Source: a virus
DNA length: 64,000 nt
Direction: 5' to 3' (one strand)
UHGV virus genome: UHGV-1488776
Each line of letters begins with the position of its first letter. Position 1 is the stretch's first letter. Both the position numbers and the translations under genes were made by a program. The notes beneath the pieces are model-generated. The model was not told the DNA's origin and did no database searches. It was given only the letters and a program-made list of their open reading frames with translations. This document shows positions 22,780 through 32,658 of the stretch, piece after piece.

Positions 22780-22780
22780 T

Positions 22781-23266
22781 ATGACCAAAATTAACTATCA
22801 GGCACTGCGTGAGGCGGCAGAACGTGCAATTCCGGCAATGGAACGCCTGTTAATGTTGCCAGTTGATGATGATCTGATAAGCGAACAGGAACTTAAAGAT
22901 TACGGTGTGGATATTGATGCGCTCAACGCCTTCAAATTTCTGGCCGGACCAGAAACCGTGCTGGCACTACTGGATGAACGGGAAAGAAACCAGCAATACA
23001 TCAAATCCCGCGACCAGGAGAACGAGGATATTGCGCTAACGGTAGGGAAGTTGCGCGTTGAGCTTGAGGCAGAAAAACAGCGGGCAAAGGATCTGTTTAT
23101 GGAAAATGCTCGGCTTAAGTCAGGTATAGCCGGTCTGATACACCTCGGTATTCGATATGCAGATGTTGATGTCATGAAAATTGCTGGAGATGCCCAGCTT
23201 TCTACCCCATGCACTGACAGCATCATAAACAGCATTGCAACAGGCATTCGCATCAAAGGAGAGTGA
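22781..23266 (+). CDS. Ead/Ea22-like protein, paralogue 2
   Basis: N-terminal MTKINYQALREAAERA. Confidence 0.5.
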   Translation: MTKINYQALREAAERAIPAMERLLMLPVDDDLISEQELKDYGVDIDALNAFKFLAGPETVLALLDERERNQQYIKSRDQENEDIALTVGKLRVELEAEKQRAKDLFMENARLKSGIAGLIHLGIRYADVDVMKIAGDAQLSTPCTDSIINSIATGIRIKGE

Positions 23267-23267
23267 T

Positions 23268-23477
23268 ATGGCTATCGCTGCAAGTTACACCATGCATCTC
23301 TATTGTGACTGCCGCCAGTGTACGGAAGGTGTATATCCAGTGCCAGACTTCGGTGAGTATATCGGTACGTCATGGTCTGGTTGTGCAAAAGAGGCCCGTA
23401 AAGACGGGTGGCGAATAAGTAAAGACAAAACACGTGCTTTTGCGCCCGGGCATAAAGTTTTGAGGATTAACAAATGA
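23268..23477 (+). CDS. small Cys-rich protein
   Basis: MAIAASYTMHLYCDCRQCTEG; preceded by AAAGGAGAGTGATATGG RBS module. Confidence 0.45.
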   Translation: MAIAASYTMHLYCDCRQCTEGVYPVPDFGEYIGTSWSGCAKEARKDGWRISKDKTRAFAPGHKVLRINK

Positions 23478-23836
23478 CCACTATTACCAAAGAACGTATC
23501 GAATTATTCATTAAAAATCCGCTTGATAACGGGCTTACCCGTGGCGAACAAATGGAACTGGCACGAATTGCGCTGGCATCACTGGAAGCCGAACCGGTTG
23601 CAGTAAACGACGACATGGCTTACGCATTCCATCACGCATTGTCAGATTCATCGCTAGGCGCTGATGAAGTAGAGGAAATTAAGGCCGGTTTGCGTGCTGC
23701 CTTTGCCAACGTCACTATCCAACCAGAGCCGGTAGTGCCGGATGAAATCGAGCCAGACGATAGCAATACGTTTGATTATGTTGATGGCTGGAACGCCTGC
23801 CGCGCTGCCATGCTTCAGGGTAAGGGAGATGAGTAA
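23474..23836 (+). CDS. hypothetical protein (ITKERL family, paralogue 1)
   Basis: MTTITKERIELFIKNP ... ELARIALASLEAEPV shared with 24711-25280. Confidence 0.5.
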   Translation: MTTITKERIELFIKNPLDNGLTRGEQMELARIALASLEAEPVAVNDDMAYAFHHALSDSSLGADEVEEIKAGLRAAFANVTIQPEPVVPDEIEPDDSNTFDYVDGWNACRAAMLQGKGDE

Positions 23837-24012
23837 TGCGTGTGGCATTTTTCGGCTTGTTACCGTACCCGACTCGTTTTTGGGCTTCTGCGCTAATTGC
23901 AAAGCCACATGTCCTGATGGCTGACAACATCATCCCGGCACCAAAGCGCCGCCATACCGGTATTGCAGCGGCACGACGAGCAGCAAAGAGACGCAGGAGA
24001 GCAAAGCGATGA
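23836..24012 (+). CDS. small basic protein (58 aa)
   Basis: ATG overlaps upstream stop; Arg/Lys-rich C-terminus; weak. Confidence 0.3.
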   Translation: MRVAFFGLLPYPTRFWASALIAKPHVLMADNIIPAPKRRHTGIAAARRAAKRRRRAKR

Positions 24013-24197
24013 AAAACCGTAAAGCAAAGATTCTGTTAGTTCGTAGAAACGCTCCTGGCGTCTGGCAGTGGGTGAGACTCAGCAACCGACGGATGGGGTT
24101 GATGAAATATTACGGGATGATGGATTGTGGTTTTTGCAAAAAGCCCAGCGCGGCGCAAAACCGCTGGAAAAACCACTTGCGCACTAAAGGAGAGTGA
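24009..24197 (+). CDS. small basic Cys-containing protein
   Basis: 62-aa ORF with ATGA overlap. Confidence 0.35.
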   Translation: MKNRKAKILLVRRNAPGVWQWVRLSNRRMGLMKYYGMMDCGFCKKPSAAQNRWKNHLRTKGE

Positions 24198-24198
24198 T

Positions 24199-24714
24199 AT
24201 GGCGTTAACACACCGCGAACTCTGTCAGATTGCGTATAAGTTCCTTAAGCGCAACGGGTTCAAGGTTTGTTTTCATGACCGCTTTATAGCTGTAACCAGT
24301 ACCGGAGAACAGCCAGATGCTATGGGATTCAGAAATTCAGCATCATGCCTGATAGAGGCGAAGTGTTCTCGTGCTGACTTGTTGGCAGATAGAAAAAAGC
24401 GTTTTCGTAAAAATCCATCTCTTGGAATGGGCGACTGGCGATTCTTTATTAGTGAGCCGGGAATTATTTCAGTTGAGGATTTACCACCTGGCTGGGGATT
24501 ACTTCACGTTGTTAACGGAAGAGTACGGAAAGTACATGGGTGGCCCAAGGGTAATTGCTGTTGGGGTAATCCTGACGATAAGCCATTTACTGGAAATAAG
24601 CAGGTTGAATGCGATTACATGTTATCTGCATTAAGGCGCATGGAGTTGAGAGGGCACCTTAATGAAATATATGACGGTGTAATTGTTAATAAGAAAGAAG
24701 GAAACGCGGCATGA
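24199..24714 (+). CDS. PD-(D/E)xK-like nuclease-fold protein (hypothetical)
   Basis: 171 aa from ATG with AAGGAG SD; PDAMGF ... CLIEAKCS resembles a D-x(n)-E-x-K core. Confidence 0.4.
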   Translation: MALTHRELCQIAYKFLKRNGFKVCFHDRFIAVTSTGEQPDAMGFRNSASCLIEAKCSRADLLADRKKRFRKNPSLGMGDWRFFISEPGIISVEDLPPGWGLLHVVNGRVRKVHGWPKGNCCWGNPDDKPFTGNKQVECDYMLSALRRMELRGHLNEIYDGVIVNKKEGNAA

Positions 24715-25280
24715 TCACTATTACCAAAGAGCGACTGCTGACAATCAAGCAGTGGCGCGAAACATACGGACCGGGTAGCAACGTTGTACTGCCAGCAGAA
24801 GAAGCGGAAGAACTGGCACGAATTGCTCTGGCATCGCTGGAAGCAGAGCCTGTAAACCAAACTTACAACTTACCAGAATTAATCGAAGGCATGGAAGTTT
24901 CCATTGATGTAAGCACTTGTGATGCTGATTTAGGTAATCGCTATTTCGGCACCGTCACCGAGGCGTTAGAACTTGATACAGCCAAGAATGGTTACATCCT
25001 CCTGGTTCAGGACGCAGAGCCAAACTTCGATGTAAATGGCAACTCTCCGGTAACTCCGGATGGCTGGATAAGCTGTAGTGAGCGAATGCCGGATACCAAA
25101 ACAGCCGTTCTTGTTGCCAGGGAGTTTGACAGGAAAGGTGACTGGCGAATGAAATGGGCGACTTACATCCCGGGGCATCCTGACGCTAATGATGGGTGGG
25201 TAATACCTGGTGCGTCGTGGATACCATCACACTGGATGCCGCTACCAGAACCGCCGCAGGAGGCGAAAAGATGGATGTAA
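24711..25280 (+). CDS. hypothetical protein (ITKERL family, paralogue 2)
   Basis: MITITKERLLTIKQW ... EELARIALASLEAEPV. Confidence 0.5.
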   Translation: MITITKERLLTIKQWRETYGPGSNVVLPAEEAEELARIALASLEAEPVNQTYNLPELIEGMEVSIDVSTCDADLGNRYFGTVTEALELDTAKNGYILLVQDAEPNFDVNGNSPVTPDGWISCSERMPDTKTAVLVAREFDRKGDWRMKWATYIPGHPDANDGWVIPGASWIPSHWMPLPEPPQEAKRWM

Positions 25281-25528
25281 AAGAGAAGGTTTTGCAGGTG
25301 ATGCGTTACCGGGCTGCCCTGCAAGATAAAGCTCTCGGCGGGGAATATCCATTCAGGATGGCAACCTGGAATCTGCGGTTGGCAATGGAGAAGGAATTTC
25401 CTGATGAAGAATGGCGTTCGGCAGATTTGCGCAAAATTCTTATGGAGCTGGCTAAAGACGGAACAGTATCCAAAGATACCCATGCCAGCCGGATTGGTCA
25501 GGCGGTATGGAGACTGGAGGTGAGGTAA
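25271..25528 (+). CDS. small hypothetical protein
   Basis: MDVKEKVLQ start with GGAGG SD; overlaps upstream gene end. Confidence 0.4.
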   Translation: MDVKEKVLQVMRYRAALQDKALGGEYPFRMATWNLRLAMEKEFPDEEWRSADLRKILMELAKDGTVSKDTHASRIGQAVWRLEVR

Positions 25529-25809
25529 TGGCTAACCTGCAACTTGCCGTTAAAGGTGAATACTTCGATGCCATGATTCGCGGGGAGAAAACGGAAGAGT
25601 ATCGCCTGTGTAATGACTACTGGAATAAGCGCCTCGTTAACCGTAAGTATTACCGCCTGATTATCACAAAGGGATATCCGAAGCGCGAAGACTTCAGTCG
25701 CAGAATTGACGTCCCGTATAACGGATATGAAATAAAAACAATCACACATCCACACTTCGGTGATAAACCGGTAAAGGTGTTCGCGATAAAAGTGAAGATT
25801 AATAGCTAG
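25528..25809 (+). CDS. ASCH-like small protein
   Basis: MANLQLAVKGEYFDAMIRGEKTEEYR (GxKxxEYR motif); TAATG overlap. Confidence 0.4.
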   Translation: MANLQLAVKGEYFDAMIRGEKTEEYRLCNDYWNKRLVNRKYYRLIITKGYPKREDFSRRIDVPYNGYEIKTITHPHFGDKPVKVFAIKVKINS

Positions 25810-25832
25810 ATTTCAATTAACACGGAGTAATT

Positions 25833-26126
25833 ATGTGGCGCGGTAATAATCATGGCGGAAGTCAGATGATACTTACCGAATATACGTTCGACCACAAAAC
25901 CAATAAATCACGTTCAGTATATTTGCTTCGGCACAATAGCCGCGTAAGAAATACCGTTCTGGAGCAAAATCTGACCGTTGAAATGGATAATTTGGGAAAC
26001 TTCAAGCCAACAATATCGCTTGATGATTTTCCGTGTGGTTTAAGCGAAAGAGAAGCAATGCTGAAATTAGCAGAATGGCTACAAAGATTAAGCATTGCTA
26101 TTGAAGATAACTGGTCTGAACCTTAA
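25833..26126 (+). CDS. hypothetical protein
   Basis: 97-aa ORF. Confidence 0.4.
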   Translation: MWRGNNHGGSQMILTEYTFDHKTNKSRSVYLLRHNSRVRNTVLEQNLTVEMDNLGNFKPTISLDDFPCGLSEREAMLKLAEWLQRLSIAIEDNWSEP

Positions 26127-26132
26127 ATTAAT

Positions 26133-26507
26133 ATGATGACACTAAAACATTTTCTTGACCGCCCATTATGGGCGGCAGCCGCAGGCTATGACTTTAATTA
26201 TATGGATTGCATGTCTTATACTGCCAATGCATACGACCATTCGTTCAGCCTGCTGTTTAATTCTTTAAGAATATTGCCGGAAACAGAAGTTGGAGAGCTT
26301 CATTTATGGATATTGGGCTTTATCGCGGCTGGAGTTGGTATTGCCGTATGGCCTTTTATTTTCTGGCTGGTGGCTGTTGTAGTGTGGTTTAAGTGCAAGA
26401 CGTACCGGAAAAAGTATTTCTTAGGTGATGGAATGACTGATATTGCCAAAATGAACATTGAAAAATGGACTAAGGAATGTGAAAAGAAATGGCGCAAAAA
26501 GAAATGA
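26133..26507 (+). CDS. membrane protein
   Basis: TM segment WILGFIAAGVGIAVWPFIFWLVAVVVWF, basic C-terminus. Confidence 0.45.
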   Translation: MMTLKHFLDRPLWAAAAGYDFNYMDCMSYTANAYDHSFSLLFNSLRILPETEVGELHLWILGFIAAGVGIAVWPFIFWLVAVVVWFKCKTYRKKYFLGDGMTDIAKMNIEKWTKECEKKWRKKK

Positions 26508-27163
26508 CTACTCTAACGACAGCATACTTACAGCAATTGGTATTTTTTGCAGGCGAGGCTACTTGTCATCCTGACGCAAACTATTTATTGGAATTTGAGA
26601 GGTTAGCGTCACCCGGTATCGTTCTGGAACTGGCCCAACAGGTGCTGGCCTTGAGACAAAAAGAGCAACATAAAAGTAATACGTGTAGATTGAATTTTGA
26701 GCAGTGGCTGGAACAGCAACGCGGAAAAATCGATGTGGACTGTGGTTGTGTGTCCACTGAAACATTCATGCACTGGCTGCGGGTAGCTTACGAGGCTGGC
26801 AACTATCCGGATATTCCGGATAGTTCGGTGCCAGCGCCAGGAAAGGGCGTCACCGGTGAACGTATCCGCATTAAGCCGCATGTTTATCGCGAACTGGTTA
26901 ACCGTCTCCACGATACAGCGATCAAGTGTGCTGGCACCCAGCAATTACGAGAAAGAATTAGCCGTGTTTTGGGCGACGTTATTACGCCATATCATCATAA
27001 ACAAGCCGAGAAAAGCGGTCTGGAAAGGTGTCATCTTGAGGCAGCATTAAACATTAAGCCGGGGCATACGCTTGGCATTATTGATGCACTGTTGGTTCAT
27101 AAGATGGCCAGGGCTTTATTGTCGTTGGTGGACGCTGGTGATACAAGCGAGGGTGAAGTATGA
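26504..27163 (+). CDS. hypothetical protein
   Basis: 219 aa from ATG overlapping upstream stop (ATGA). Confidence 0.45.
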   Translation: MTTLTTAYLQQLVFFAGEATCHPDANYLLEFERLASPGIVLELAQQVLALRQKEQHKSNTCRLNFEQWLEQQRGKIDVDCGCVSTETFMHWLRVAYEAGNYPDIPDSSVPAPGKGVTGERIRIKPHVYRELVNRLHDTAIKCAGTQQLRERISRVLGDVITPYHHKQAEKSGLERCHLEAALNIKPGHTLGIIDALLVHKMARALLSLVDAGDTSEGEV

Positions 27164-27522
27164 GAGTTGCAGATCACATCAAACACCTTGAAAGAATTAT
27201 CGAAAACGGTGAACTCTTAAGAGATCAGATGAGACGCACGGCAGAAGCCAGGGAGGCGATAATCCACAGTCAGGCTGGTAAATTAAAGCAATTGTCAGAG
27301 ATTAACACGCTATACAAGAACAGACGTAACCGGGCGGTGATGCGGCTTCAGAAAGCACGTAATGAAATTAAATTGGTGGAGGCAAAACTGAAAAAACAGA
27401 TCCAGCGTTACGATCAGCAAGATGCTTTTTATGCCGCCATCAAGGCGGCTGCTAATGAAATAGGCATCTGGAAGTTGCTGGTGGAGAAAGCAAAGACGAA
27501 GTTAAATGCCAACGAAAGCTGA
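27160..27522 (+). CDS. coiled-coil protein
   Basis: 120 aa, heptad-rich; ATGA overlap. Confidence 0.45.
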   Translation: MRVADHIKHLERIIENGELLRDQMRRTAEAREAIIHSQAGKLKQLSEINTLYKNRRNRAVMRLQKARNEIKLVEAKLKKQIQRYDQQDAFYAAIKAAANEIGIWKLLVEKAKTKLNANES

Positions 27523-27597
27523 ACTACAGGTGCCCACCAGCACATACAGAAAATGATTGTTTCCACATCAAGGAGATTTTAATGTTTCACTGAAACA

Positions 27598-27735
27598 TTA
27601 AGTAAGCCAGTGCATAATTCCATTTTTTACTGACCTTAAAAGCAAAATCAAAACGATGATGAGGATAATAGCCAGAATCTGGCTAATAATAGGCGCATCT
27701 AAAAATGCACTCAGGAACTGAAAAAAAGCGTTCAT
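27598..27735 (-). CDS. 45-aa hydrophobic peptide (candidate small membrane toxin)
   Basis: MNAFFQFLSAFLDAPIISQILAIILIIVLILLLRSVKNGIMHWLT; AAGGAA SD about 10 nt upstream; in AT-rich low-coding island. Confidence 0.3.
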   Translation of the reverse strand: MNAFFQFLSAFLDAPIISQILAIILIIVLILLLRSVKNGIMHWLT

Positions 27736-28597
27736 TCAGGTGGTTCCTTGTCAAATGTAAAGGTGCACTTGCTCACGTTGACGTAGAAACCCAACCCCTA
27801 TATAGTTGGATTCGGTGAATGAAAGTCGTTAACGTGAGCTTACGGCACATGTTTTCGGAAAAACATCAGGGAACGGCTAATTCCTTGATGCGGGTGGGGT
27901 CTGTAATGCAGACCCTATCTATTAACGTCATGATTGCATCTCAAATTTTCTCCTTATCTTCAATTAATCTACATTCATTTCATCTGTTAGCCACCACAAT
28001 ATGTAGAAAATGGCCCTCTTGCAAGTGCATAACTTTGTGGATAACTCAGGAAGGAAAAAGTGGCTTTCGCGCACCTTCGGTCAGACAAGGTGTCCGGGAA
28101 AGTCAACGCAAAGAAAAAAATTGTTAAAAATAACGTTTGTTGGAATTGTATATTTTTATCCCCTTCAATGGTTAGCATTCTATTAACATCTTTTTTTAGA
28201 GACAGAAAAACATATCGTAACAACATATATACAGTATTAAGAGGCGAGTATTATCCTGCGGTGGGAATTCTGGGCGCTGTTAGATTCGACTTTCTCAGCA
28301 GGATTACATCGTCAACTTGCGACGTTGCCGTATGACTTTCGTGTAATAGGTGACAATGATGCGGCTAGTGAGTTACTTGTGAAGTTTTTCGGAAAAGGTT
28401 TTGTGGCCTCGGATCTTGATGAGCTACAGCAACATGAAGTGTCTAATTTGATTTTTAGCCATAGCCAATAAGCCTCCCTCCTCCATCAAGGCCACAATTT
28501 GTGACCTTAAACAATTTGTTTTCTGCTTTTTCTTATTTGAGAAAATAACGTTGTTGACAGCTAATAGGCTCGTTGTTGTTATACATGCCTGTATAGA

Positions 28598-28954
28598 TTA
28601 TGACCGTAAATTATTAGCGGATTTTAAGCCATATTCACCGTTGTAGAAATTACTCATGTTCCATTCATTGGGAAGCTCTTTTCTGTCCAATGTATAGTGG
28701 CGCACGATATAACGATCTTCATCTTCTTCGATGGACAGGCGGACATAGCCAATGTGAATCACCGATACGGGCGGTGTTCGTATTGCATAGATGTCGCGGA
28801 GATATACCGGTAGCTCGACAAATGCATCAGGTGCATCTGTGACGCTCGTTTTTTCACAGTATTCATATAACGCATCGTTGATATCGTTAAGAGATTCATG
28901 ATCGTATATTTCCAGGTAATTACCGCGATCGCGATGGTACTCGATTTTAGCCAT
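28598..28954 (-). CDS. hypothetical protein
   Basis: 118-aa ORF coupled to the upstream minus-strand gene. Confidence 0.45.
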   Translation of the reverse strand: MAKIEYHRDRGNYLEIYDHESLNDINDALYEYCEKTSVTDAPDAFVELPVYLRDIYAIRTPPVSVIHIGYVRLSIEEDEDRYIVRHYTLDRKELPNEWNMSNFYNGEYGLKSANNLRS

Positions 28955-29539
28955 TCAAAATCCCCTGTTATCGTTTTGCATTTTTCTAATCCGGTTCAGA
29001 ACTACTTCATGCTGGGCTTGGATAGCGGCTTTTTCGTTTTCAAGCCGGGCGATAGACATCTCCAATTCTTTGCTGTACCAGGCGAGCTGGGCCAGGTTCA
29101 TCCGGTTGTGGTCGAGAGTTGGAGACACTTCGACGCGATCCCTTTCTTCCTGCTTTAATGAGAAGAGATTCATCTCATCCCTTGAGGAAAATTCAGCAAC
29201 AATTTCTTGTTGATGATCCGGTCGCTGCGGCATCCTCGCCAGTATAAATGGCGGTTCTTTTGAAAACATGAATGTCGGTTCAGACCGTGTTTTTACCCAG
29301 CTTGCCTGCTGTCTTTCGGCAAGTTCACAGGCTTCATCATAGTTATCTGCCAAACAAAGCACGGATGGACGGTCCCACGCCCCACCATTCAGACAATAAA
29401 CTACAATTTTCCCGTCAGGTTGTGTAACCCCATATGGATGGTCCCACCAGGCGTCCAGCTGAGCTTTAGAGCGTTTCTCGTTAGGAGTGCAGTCAAAATT
29501 TTTGGGCAATACAGGATCGAGAGGAATGCGATTAGGCAT
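28955..29539 (-). CDS. hypothetical protein, divergent from humD
   Basis: 194-aa ORF; positionally in the P1 lxr/hot neighbourhood but not identifiable. Confidence 0.45.
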   Translation of the reverse strand: MPNRIPLDPVLPKNFDCTPNEKRSKAQLDAWWDHPYGVTQPDGKIVVYCLNGGAWDRPSVLCLADNYDEACELAERQQASWVKTRSEPTFMFSKEPPFILARMPQRPDHQQEIVAEFSSRDEMNLFSLKQEERDRVEVSPTLDHNRMNLAQLAWYSKELEMSIARLENEKAAIQAQHEVVLNRIRKMQNDNRGF

Positions 29540-29675
29540 AGCTAATTCCTTATTAACTGATTGGCAACGAGGTTACGCTGATCCCGCGGTGATGAATAGT
29601 AGCAAAGCGCACAAAAATCATCAGCGGTGGTTGATGTACATAACGCGTTTGCACCAAAGGTGCTTCTTTAATGTA

Positions 29676-29695
29676 TACTGTACAGATAAACAGTA
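29676..29695. promoter_or_regulatory. LexA box (SOS operator)
   Basis: TACTGTACAGATAAACAGTA matches CTGT-N8-ACAG, 19 nt upstream of humD, overlapping a TATACT -10-like hexamer. Confidence 0.65.
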
Positions 29696-29713
29696 TTTTT
29701 GAGGTAAAACGCT

Positions 29714-30103
29714 ATGGGTTTCCCTTCTCCTGCGGCGGATTATGTTGAAAGCCGAATTTCTCTTGATCAGCAGATAATTAGACATCCATCAGCAACCTAC
29801 TTCATGCGGGCAGCTGATAGCCATCACCGTGAGGGAATATTGCAGGGTGCTTTGCTGGTGGTTGATTCTTCGCTTACTCCAGTTGATGGTTCGCTGCTTG
29901 TGTGCGCTATGGAGGGTGAATATCGCATAAAGAGATACAGGAAGTATCCGCGCCAGCACCTGGAGGATTTAAGCACCGGGAAGAAAGAGGCGTTACCAGT
30001 AGATGACGATGGATGCACGGGCAGTAATGCTGTTTTTGGTGTGATCACTCATGTCATCAATGATGCCCGAAGTGGGGAGTTTGATGATTGTCCGGTTATT
30101 TAA
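29714..30103 (+). CDS. humD: UmuD'-like SOS mutagenesis protein
   Basis: 129 aa, S24 peptidase-like core; LexA box upstream; position before phd/doc as in P1. Confidence 0.7.
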   Translation: MGFPSPAADYVESRISLDQQIIRHPSATYFMRAADSHHREGILQGALLVVDSSLTPVDGSLLVCAMEGEYRIKRYRKYPRQHLEDLSTGKKEALPVDDDGCTGSNAVFGVITHVINDARSGEFDDCPVI

Positions 30104-30138
30104 GCTGCAAAGGGCTGGTGCTTTATGCCTGTGAGGTT

Positions 30139-30169
30139 TATAATTGTGTACACATAACGAGTACACGAG
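30139..30169 (+). promoter_or_regulatory. phd-doc promoter and operator palindromes
   Basis: TATAAT at 30139-30144 followed by TGTGTACACA and GAGTACACGAG palindromic sites just upstream of phd. Confidence 0.5.
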
Positions 30170-30175
30170 GTATTT

Positions 30176-30397
30176 ATGCAATCCATTAACTTCCGTACCG
30201 CGCGCGGCAACCTTTCTGAAGTGCTCAACAATGTTGAAGCCGGGGAAGAGGTTGAAATCACCCGCAGAGGCCGTGAGCCAGCAGTAATTGTCAGCAAGGC
30301 TACTTTCGAAGCCTACAAAAAAGCGGCGCTGGATGCTGAATTTGCATCCCTGTTTGACACCCTGGACTCCACCAACAAGGAACTGGTTAACCGATAA
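30176..30397 (+). CDS. phd: antitoxin Phd
   Basis: 73 aa, [39 protein letters not shown]; overlaps doc start. Confidence 0.95.
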
Positions 30398-30777
30398 TGA
30401 GGCATATATCACCGGAAGAACTTATTGCGCTTCATGATGCGAATATAAGCCGCTACGGCGGCCTGCCTGGCATGTCAGATCCGGGCAGGGCAGAGGCCAT
30501 TATCGGGAGAGTTCAGGCCAGAGTTGCCTACGAAGAGATCACCGACCTTTTCGAAGTCTCCGCCACCTACCTGGTGGCTACAGCGAGAGGGCATATATTC
30601 AATGATGCCAATAAGCGTACCGCGCTAAACAGCGCGCTGCTATTTCTACGCCGTAACGGGGTGCAGGTATTTGATTCACCTGAACTGGCAGACCTTACTG
30701 TAGGCGCTGCGACTGGCGAGATATCTGTATCTTCTGTCGCCGACACGTTACGTAGATTGTATGGTTCTGCGGAGTAG
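30397..30777 (+). CDS. doc: toxin Doc (Fic-fold kinase)
   Basis: 126 aa; Fic motif HIFNDANKR. Confidence 0.95.
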
Positions 30778-30781
30778 ATTA

Positions 30782-30961
30782 ATGGCACGCAAATACAACA
30801 AATTGTCCCGTGAAGCGTTAAAGATGCTTCTTGATGGCGTGAGTCGCCGCGAGGTAAAGCAATACCTGGTTGGTAAGCAAATTGGAGCCAGGACTGCTAT
30901 TGCTGTGTTATGCCGTCAGGAAATGGTTGTGCTTAAACAGAGAATGCCGGGCAGCAGATAA
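30782..30961 (+). CDS. small hypothetical protein downstream of doc
   Basis: 59 aa from ATG at 30782; positionally P1 pdcA-like. Confidence 0.35.
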   Translation: MARKYNKLSREALKMLLDGVSRREVKQYLVGKQIGARTAIAVLCRQEMVVLKQRMPGSR

Positions 30962-30988
30962 AGCCCAATCAGTGATGAAAGGTGTGAT

Positions 30989-32032
30989 GTGAAAGCCGTA
31001 ATTACTCCCTTTGTACAAAAAGAGCTTGGCGTCGCCACATTCAAAGTGGATCAGGAAGTCAGAAAGCTGGTGGAGGCTGGCCGTAAATTTATTATGGAGC
31101 CGGTGCCGCGTGAGTTAATCGAGCACATGGACGACGGCCTCGTTGTTTCCGAGCAAACTATGGCAACAAATGAGGCGTTGCAGCCGTTTTTTAACAGCGA
31201 TGAACTGTTTCGCCGTATTGGTGGAATTGACGCGCTGGTGGCGTGGTTGCGCAGGAAAGAGGGGCAATGCCAGGCCGCAGATCGTAGCTGGTGTGACAAC
31301 CATATTGTCCACGCAGAACGAGACAATAGCGCGGTGTTGTTGTGCTGGCATCACGATAACCATTACCGGATGCGTGGTTTTAATGAGCTGAAAGAAACGC
31401 TGCATAATAATCGCGTTAACTGGATACTGGATGTCGCCCGTCAGGAAATGGGGCTTTCAGATGGCCATGATTTAAGTATTCAGGAACTGTGCTGGTGGGC
31501 TTTCATGCGCAACATGATGCACCTGATGCCGGAAGAAGTTTGCCGTATATCAATAAATAAGATGAAAGCCGCAACGCAGGATAGCGGACCTCTGAAAGAG
31601 GCGGATATTCGCCCGTATGACGATCGCGCTACAGCATATGTTCAGATGATGGAAGAACGCGCCGCGCCGATGCGTGCAAAAGTATGCCCTGTGGATGTTG
31701 ACTCCGACCCTGGCATGGCGCATTTCAAAATACCAAAACTGCAATCGCTAAAATTACCTGAGTACATGGACTTTGTTGCTTCCCGTCCATGCTGTGGGTG
31801 TGGAGCGGCGGGAGCTGGCGCTCACATTACGCCTTATATCGTTCGTCATAGTCGATTATGCGCGCATGACATTTACGCAATTCCTCTGTGCCAGTCATGC
31901 CAGCGTGATATTGAGCGTGACCGCGATAATTGGGAGAAGACGCACGGTAGGCTGGCGATGCATCAACGATTGTTCTTTGATTACGCGCTTGGAGTCGGCG
32001 CTATCACAAGTCACTCGTCGAGTGTTAGATAA
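30989..32032 (+). CDS. hypothetical Cys-rich protein downstream of doc
   Basis: 347 aa; C-terminal [12 protein letters not shown] ... CQSCQRD cluster; positionally P1 pdcB-like. Confidence 0.5.
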   Translation: MKAVITPFVQKELGVATFKVDQEVRKLVEAGRKFIMEPVPRELIEHMDDGLVVSEQTMATNEALQPFFNSDELFRRIGGIDALVAWLRRKEGQCQAADRSWCDNHIVHAERDNSAVLLCWHHDNHYRMRGFNELKETLHNNRVNWILDVARQEMGLSDGHDLSIQELCWWAFMRNMMHLMPEEVCRISINKMKAATQDSGPLKEADIRPYDDRATAYVQMMEERAAPMRAKVCPVDVDSDPGMAHFKIPKLQSLKLPEYMDFVASRPCCGCGAAGAGAHITPYIVRHSRLCAHDIYAIPLCQSCQRDIERDRDNWEKTHGRLAMHQRLFFDYALGVGAITSHSSSVR

Positions 32033-32033
32033 A

Positions 32034-32050
32034 ATTGCTCTAATGTATTG
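32034..32050. promoter_or_regulatory. C1 operator-like site (14/17)
   Basis: ATTGCTCTAATGTATTG right after the stop codon. Confidence 0.35.
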
Positions 32051-32120
32051 CTATTTCTTTAATCGAGGGTATTATATTCCACGTTGATTAGTTGACATGG
32101 GCTAATCAGTAGGTGACAGG

Positions 32121-32573
32121 ATGTTACTTAACTGGCAGGGACGCCACTTCATGGAAATAAATCACTCACGAATAACATCGTACGAGATTGCGGATTACAT
32201 GATCCGCACTAAATCTCTTCTATCAGCGAAAGAACTCGCAGCAATTCTTGAAAAGGAATACCCGCATCTGGATGTCGATAAGCGCGATGTTTATCTGCGC
32301 TTAAAGGCTATCGCTGTGTCTAAGTATTCGTCTGTTTTGATTGATGACAGTACACGCCCACGTAGATTTCAGATCCACTCTCTGAATCCTGAATTCTTTC
32401 GCCGTAGCCGCGCTCCGCGCCGGTTTGATGAAAAACTCCAGAACGAACTCTATATGACGCAGGACGAAAAGGAACGCCGGGAGCACCAGCCTTGGGTAAT
32501 GGCGCGTCAACTTTTCAATAAGGTGGCCCGTCAGCACCGTCATTACGGTAATGCCACATCCGCACGTATCTGA
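32121..32573 (+). CDS. lpa: late promoter activator (Lpa-like)
   Basis: Position immediately upstream of pacA as in P1; start may be the ATG at 32151. Confidence 0.5.
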   Translation: MLLNWQGRHFMEINHSRITSYEIADYMIRTKSLLSAKELAAILEKEYPHLDVDKRDVYLRLKAIAVSKYSSVLIDDSTRPRRFQIHSLNPEFFRRSRAPRRFDEKLQNELYMTQDEKERREHQPWVMARQLFNKVARQHRHYGNATSARI

Positions 32574-32658
32574 TTGATTGCTTGCCCGTTCCGGGCCTTT
32601 TGACATGTGACTTTCGTTACCCTCGCGTCAAAAAGAGTTTTTACGAAAGGAAGCATAA

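Noticed and set aside
27819-28335. Plus-strand ORFs of 102 and 91 aa in the AT-rich island
   Set aside because: Low-complexity, no RBS, overlapping each other and a minus-strand ORF; consistent with chance frames in AT-rich DNA.
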